Assembly: GCA_038087875.1 (NCBI GenBank)
Contig: CM075990.1
Coordinates: forward strand, 14,634,001-14,698,000
Reading direction: 5' to 3'
DNA length: 64,000 nucleotides
Source of the DNA: Malacoraja senta
Taxonomy: Eukaryota
A program made the position numbers and the translations under genes. This document shows, one piece after another, positions 58,691 to 64,000 of the stretch. The number at the start of each line of letters is the position of its first letter. The stretch's first letter is position 1. The notes beneath the pieces were generated by a model, which worked only from the letters and a program-made list of their open reading frames with translations, was not told where the DNA came from and did not search any database.

Positions 58691-61469
58691 GAAAGCGGAT
58701 TGGAACGAAATTGGTTTAAAAGCAACAGGACGGACCGCTCATCTTAAAACACAACGGCGGAAGGCAAGTTGCTGTTAAACCCTTCGCTTTCTTTTAAATA
58801 AATTCAGTAACATTGGGACGCAGGGCCACAGACAGAAGCAGCCAAATAACACGAAGTATCCCATCATCTACGACTCGCTTTAGAGTATGTTCCGTCATTA
58901 TTAATCAATATTATTTTCTCAAGAAAGCTATGAGGAAAACCGCATCAGCATTAAGATTCCATAACTCCATGGGTAATATTTGGACAGGACGGCTGATATT
59001 CTCTTTGTTTCTCGTTCGCATCTTTGTCGTTGATGCGCTGCCGCCAACGCTGTTTTCGCTCTGTGGCGGTCATCTAATAAATCTAAAGAAATCTTTAAAA
59101 TTACACACGCAGTTCGGGACCCTCCATGCTCCCCATTCCAGCCTAAATTATGTCTGATCAGGTGCGCGCAAAGTGGGAAAATCCATGCGCGATTTAGAAC
59201 CACGAAACACATAAATATTTCATTGTCCTGTACTTTTTGTTGCTAGTTCTTGTAAAATATTGCATCTATTCTAGTTTGCCGAAGCACTGTTAAAAACACT
59301 TTAGAAAGTGAAGATATCGCAGTTTACCTATAGTATCAAGGGCCGGTTTGGTGCTGGGGGGAGTTTAAAAGTTGGAGGTAATAATGAAAGATTTGTTTTT
59401 ACTTTCAGACTTGCGATTTAATTCCAGTCTATTAAAATAATTAAAATGTCGGCATCCTTTTAGTTACTTCGGTCGATAGAAAAATTGTTCGTGGACCAGT
59501 GGAATCTTGTATATCTTTCAATGGCGGTGATGTTTTCATTCATCATCATGAAAAAAACTCGTATCCCAGGAGATTCTATTTGGGTTGTGTCCTCTTCTTG
59601 AATCAGAACTTATTGCACGAAGTTATACTTTTAGATTATCACACATTTAGAGAAGTGTGCTTTCTTTATCCCGTGTCAATCTCAATGGTCCAGAAAACTA
59701 AATCATTGGAACATTGTCCTTTTAAAACAAATTTTAAATTGGCCTTAAAAGATTATCATGTAGTTAGTTTAGTTAAGATATATTGAAATTATATTTGATG
59801 TCATGAAATTGCGGCGAACTTTGAATACTAACCATTTGGAATAATAGTGTTTGGGTGATGATGAAGAATTACGCGTTGACGTATAGAAATTAGTTTTTTG
59901 AAGTTATTCTATTCGTCCATTCTTAACTGAGCTTGTTTAATAAAAAAAGATGGTAACAATATTAAAGAAACAATGACAAATGCTAACCAAATCCGAACTC
60001 TTCTTTCGAGAGAGCGAGAGCAACAATGTTTTGAGGGGGAAGTATATCTTTGCTACTACAAATGAAAACTCAAGAGAAACTCAGTCCTGAATGTCACGGC
60101 GCGACTTTACCGATATATCAAAATAGTTACTTTGAGGAAAGGCAGCTTAAGGATAATTTTCTTCTCTTTAAAAAAAAAGATTAGATACAATCTACAAAAC
60201 GGCTTTAAAATGGGGAGGAAAGTGCGGATTTTACAGCGGCATGCACGGATAAGATTTGTTATAAAATATATTTATTCCAGTGTAAAATTCCACAAGTGTC
60301 AAGCACTCTAAAATGGCGAAAACTGTAAAAATCTCTCTTCCTTTTGTTGATTTGAAAGACGTGATAGATCACGTCCCGCCTTACAGTAAATCTGTGGAAT
60401 GATTCATAATGATATAATTCATACATAAACGTGTCTTGAAGATCAGAGCGCAGCTAAAAATATGCAAAGGGTTGTTTGATTGATAACAGGGTTGCTGTTT
60501 TTCTGCAAGCCTGTCAAACGTTGACACAATGCTTGAGTTATTAGGCCAGTGTAGGGCACCCATAAATTTCCAACGTCAGGGAAAAAGTAACAGCGGCTTT
60601 CTTTATTGTCTAGATGACAGATGGGTCTCAGTACAAGACAGCAAATACTTCGTATTACCCTAAATGGGAACACATTTTTCGTGGCTATAATTCATGATTT
60701 TTAAATAGAAAGTTTGAAGTACGTGCCTATATTTTACAGTCTGACATTTTTATGAATCACTCATCGCATGCAAATATAATTATTGCTGGAAACAAGAGCT
60801 AGTTAGGATATCTGATGTTGGTCGAACGGGATTTTTTTCTTTTAAAAAATTGCAATTTAACTATCGACGTTATTTTAGCTGTAAAGTTATTTTGTTTCAC
60901 AGTAGAGGTGCTTCGCCGATGAACAGCTGAAACATAAAATTATAAAAAAAATGACACAAAAAATGTGCAAGTCGAGATCCGGCCGTTACATCGATTGAGA
61001 GGATCATATAATTGCAAGAGGAGATGGGGCGGAAAACTAACATAGTTTCCGATACAACTCATCGTTATATCAATAACCCGCTAGACCCCAAACTGCACCG
61101 TGTCGAAGCGAGCGCTTACAGTAACAACCTACCTACCAAAGCTACCAAAGCTGACACACGCGGATAAATATCAAAATCCATACCTGATTATTAATAGTCG
61201 AACGCAAACAATTTTAAGGTCGATTCTACTCTGAAATGCACATATTCCCTCTGTGACAAAGACATCACTGTTGTTCCTGTATTTCTCCGTATAACCCGAC
61301 ACAGAAGGAATTTGGTGTTAAATTTCTAAAAACAAAACAATATCTCGGCAGCGAACGGCCGGATCAATGAAAAGTATACTCCATGCACCAAAACTTACTT
61401 ATGTGAAATATCAGTGTGGTCGGCTTACATTAGGAGTTAGTAGGATGTGAGATTGAGTCAGTATTCTGC

Positions 61470-61960
61470 AGTGCGAGACTTCCGCATGCGCTGCGCTTAC
61501 GGGGCGGGAAGGGAAGTTTTCCTTTTCTCCCCGTGGGAGGGGGGTGGGGGGTGGAAACTAGCTTTGATGGTTCAGTCTACACTACTGCCTGCACGACTCC
61601 AACATGAGCGGCACAAAAGATAAATTAGTCCGACTCGTTGGTGAAATCCGAATAAATGCAGCGCGGCGCCCTTGTCTTCAGTCGCTGGATCAGGGCCTGG
61701 GAGTGACAATTGAGGTTTAGAGAGACAAATGCACTGGGCATTTGCACAAAAAAAAAAGTAACCCCAAGGTTAAACCAACTTCCCATGCATAGTTTTTTTG
61801 GGGGGAATATGCTGCATCATAATTGCATGCAATGCAATTCCGAAAGCTTTGGTTTTTAAGTCATTTTGCTCCTCCTTTTCGACGTTTAGGACACTGACTT
61901 CCGCTCCGACTCAGCTGACAAGAGTGCGGAAGTGTGGCGCTCTTGTGTATTTCCATATGC
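61470..61960 (+). promoter_or_regulatory. CpG-rich TATA-less promoter, probably of lrmda
   Basis: ETS ACTTCCG (61478), NRF1-like GCATGCGC (61484), GC box GGGGCGGG (61501) and an inverted ETS pair ACTTCCGC (61897) / GCGGAAGT (61926). Confidence 0.5.
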
Positions 61961-62104
61961 AGGTCATTGCTCCGTTACAGCGGTACTTCCAAACAAACCT
62001 TGTATAAAATACAGAGCTGCAGCTGGCAGCTTGCAAAGCCGTAAAAATAAAACAAACAACGGCATTCTCAGTCTTTTTCTGTAATATAAATTAGCATGTC
62101 AGTG

Positions 62105-62146
62105 ATGGCGAGCAACGATATAGGGGTCGTTGTTGATGGAACTCAA
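62105..62146 (+). CDS. lrmda: Probable first coding exon of leucine-rich melanocyte differentiation-associated protein (C10orf11); the rest of the gene lies beyond the window
   Basis: Translates to MASNDIGVVVDGTQ followed by a consensus donor CAA|gtaagt. This resembles the human LRMDA N-terminus MAGLVVRGTQ-VSYIGQ (recalled). Orientation is head-to-head with znf503, as in human. An alternative in-frame ATG lies at 62096. Confidence 0.72.
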
Positions 62147-63479
62147 GTAAGTGCAAAGTATTTAAACACTTGCCTTTATTTACACAGAACAAAAGAAGAA
62201 GTCTGCATTTGAACTAGTTCACTTGTTAGGGACAGGGTTTAGTTCATTGTTTTATGTTCGTTAGTTATATTTTGCAGGTTACAACATTTTTTTTCCGGGG
62301 CTTTTACCCACTTTGATGTCAACTGACTCGCCACTTAACCTTACACATCTTGGTCATTTGAAAAAAAAAACGTTTTTATAAAATAAATTAACGTAAATAA
62401 TACCAAAAATTGTGGATTAGCGCTTTCACCTAATTATTTTGAGAGGATTGATACGTAAATTTACTGTTCATCAAATTTGCTTTTACATATATATATATTT
62501 TCCTCTTGCAAATCCTTTTGCTTGTAATTAGAGGGAAGCCGTTAATTGAATACAGTATTTGCAGAAGACGGGAGTGTTACTGATCTAGGGAGTATTTTCA
62601 AATATAGCAAAATAGCGGAAGATTGAAGGGCGAGATTAAAAATTGCAATTGACGGTTTCATTCCACAAGAATTGCACAAGAAGGGCTAGAATGGGTTTTC
62701 TTGAATGGTGGACGAGGGAAGTTGCACGCACCTCATCTAAGGAAAAGATGGATGTTGGAAAGAAAATAAGGAAGGTCAGTGGCCCATCTTCCACTTAAAA
62801 CACTCGTGTTAATAACTTTAGCAGGAGAGTTGACTTGGTGGAGATAACACTCTAAGAATGTTACAAAGTTAGATTAGTTTAGGAAAGCTGTGACTTATCT
62901 TAATGTGCTTCACCTGTGCCCATTATTGTCTGCACAGTCGCTTATCATAAATTCAGGAACTTCTAATAGCTTTCCTCTGACTTTTCAACGCTTATATTTG
63001 CAAAACCATCAATAGCTTGCTACAAATGGAAATCTCATCTGGTTCTCTTTCATACAGAACAGTAAATGTAATATTGCCAATAATGAACAGAGAACAAACA
63101 TATGAGATAGGTACTGGGTATAACTAGTGGAAATAGTGGTGACTTTGGTATGCCACCATAATTGTCTAAGCATTATTGACAGAATTGGCTATGCTTTCCA
63201 ATTGCTATCTGCTTGTATAGTCAATTAAACACTTTTATATTTGCTGGCCAAAATTGATTCCTCTAATCATTCAGCAGGAAAGGAGATACATTTATTGCCA
63301 TTGACAGATTGTAAATATCTCTTTCAGGGTTTGGATCTGAAAATATTTTGGCCTTTGATAAAATCTCACCTAGTTTTGCCAGTGATAGTGATTTAAAACA
63401 GGTAGGCAAGGAGCTACAGCAGATTGAGTCTTTGTTTGAAGTTTCATGGTGAGGCTCAAGTCTGCCCAAGGCATGAACT

Positions 63480-63760
63480 TGTGTAGGAAGGACCTGCAGA
63501 TGCTGGTATAAACCGAAGATAGATACAACATGCTGGAGTAACTCAGCGGGACAAGCAGCATCTCTGGAGAGAAGGAATGGGTGACGTTTCGGGTTGAGAC
63601 CCTTCTTCAGACCTTTTTTCAGAGGGACAGTCAGACTGGCTGGGGAACTGGGAAGGCGGAGGGATGGAGAGAGAGGGAAAGCAAGGGTTACTTGAAGTTA
63701 GAGAAGTCAATATCCATACCGCTGGGGTGTAAGCTGCCCAAGCAAAATATTAGGTGTTTT
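63480..63760 (-). mobile_element. Penelope-like element 3' remnant with hammerhead-like core
   Basis: The reverse strand encodes HLIFCLGSLHPSGMDIDFSNFK* (typical PLE ORF C-terminus), followed by CTGAAGAAGGGTCTCAACCCGAAACGTC. Confidence 0.75.
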
Positions 63761-64000
63761 TAAAGTCCAAGGCATTCACTTTATATTAGACTGGAGGAGT
63801 AGCACTGATAGACCTGTTTCTTGTCCTTCTAATCATAGCCTAATATGATCTGTGAGGTTTCCACAAATATGGTGGCTTGGTCAAGTCTTGGGAAGTGGTC
63901 TTAATCCCTAAAGAATGACATTTTTTTTCAACTATTTATATTGGCGAAGGACATGAACAGACAATTTTTCCAAATGAGAAAATGAGAGATTGTCCTCTTG

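Noticed and set aside
61604..61720. 38-aa ORF MSGTKDKLVRL.. in the promoter region
   Set aside because: No recognisable homology and only a weak donor. The exon at 62105 fits LRMDA much better.

Overview
Vertebrate genomic DNA, most likely from a cartilaginous fish (skate or ray), inferred from the repeat families present: V-SINE/HE1-like SINEs, CR1, Rex1/Babar, RTE and Penelope remnants. One complete gene is present: znf503 (NET/Nlz family, minus strand, 2 coding exons, 567 aa). About 6.4 kb upstream and head-to-head lies a 42-nt probable first coding exon of lrmda (C10orf11), which the ORF track misses. Both genes sit in a roughly 12 kb CpG-rich, TE-free domain. The remaining 50 kb is gene desert with candidate conserved non-coding elements and many TEs. 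These include an L1 with both ORFs intact and a tandemly duplicated, structure-conserving RNA domain in its 1.2 kb inter-ORF spacer, a SINE>Rex1>CR1 nest, and a miniature non-autonomous LTR element with a tRNA-Trp PBS. There are also hAT and Harbinger MITEs, about 20 short Penelope-derived repeats carrying minimal hammerhead-ribozyme-like cores, an old ~51-bp minisatellite field and two perfect hairpins. All calls were made by eye, and boundaries of degraded repeats are approximate.
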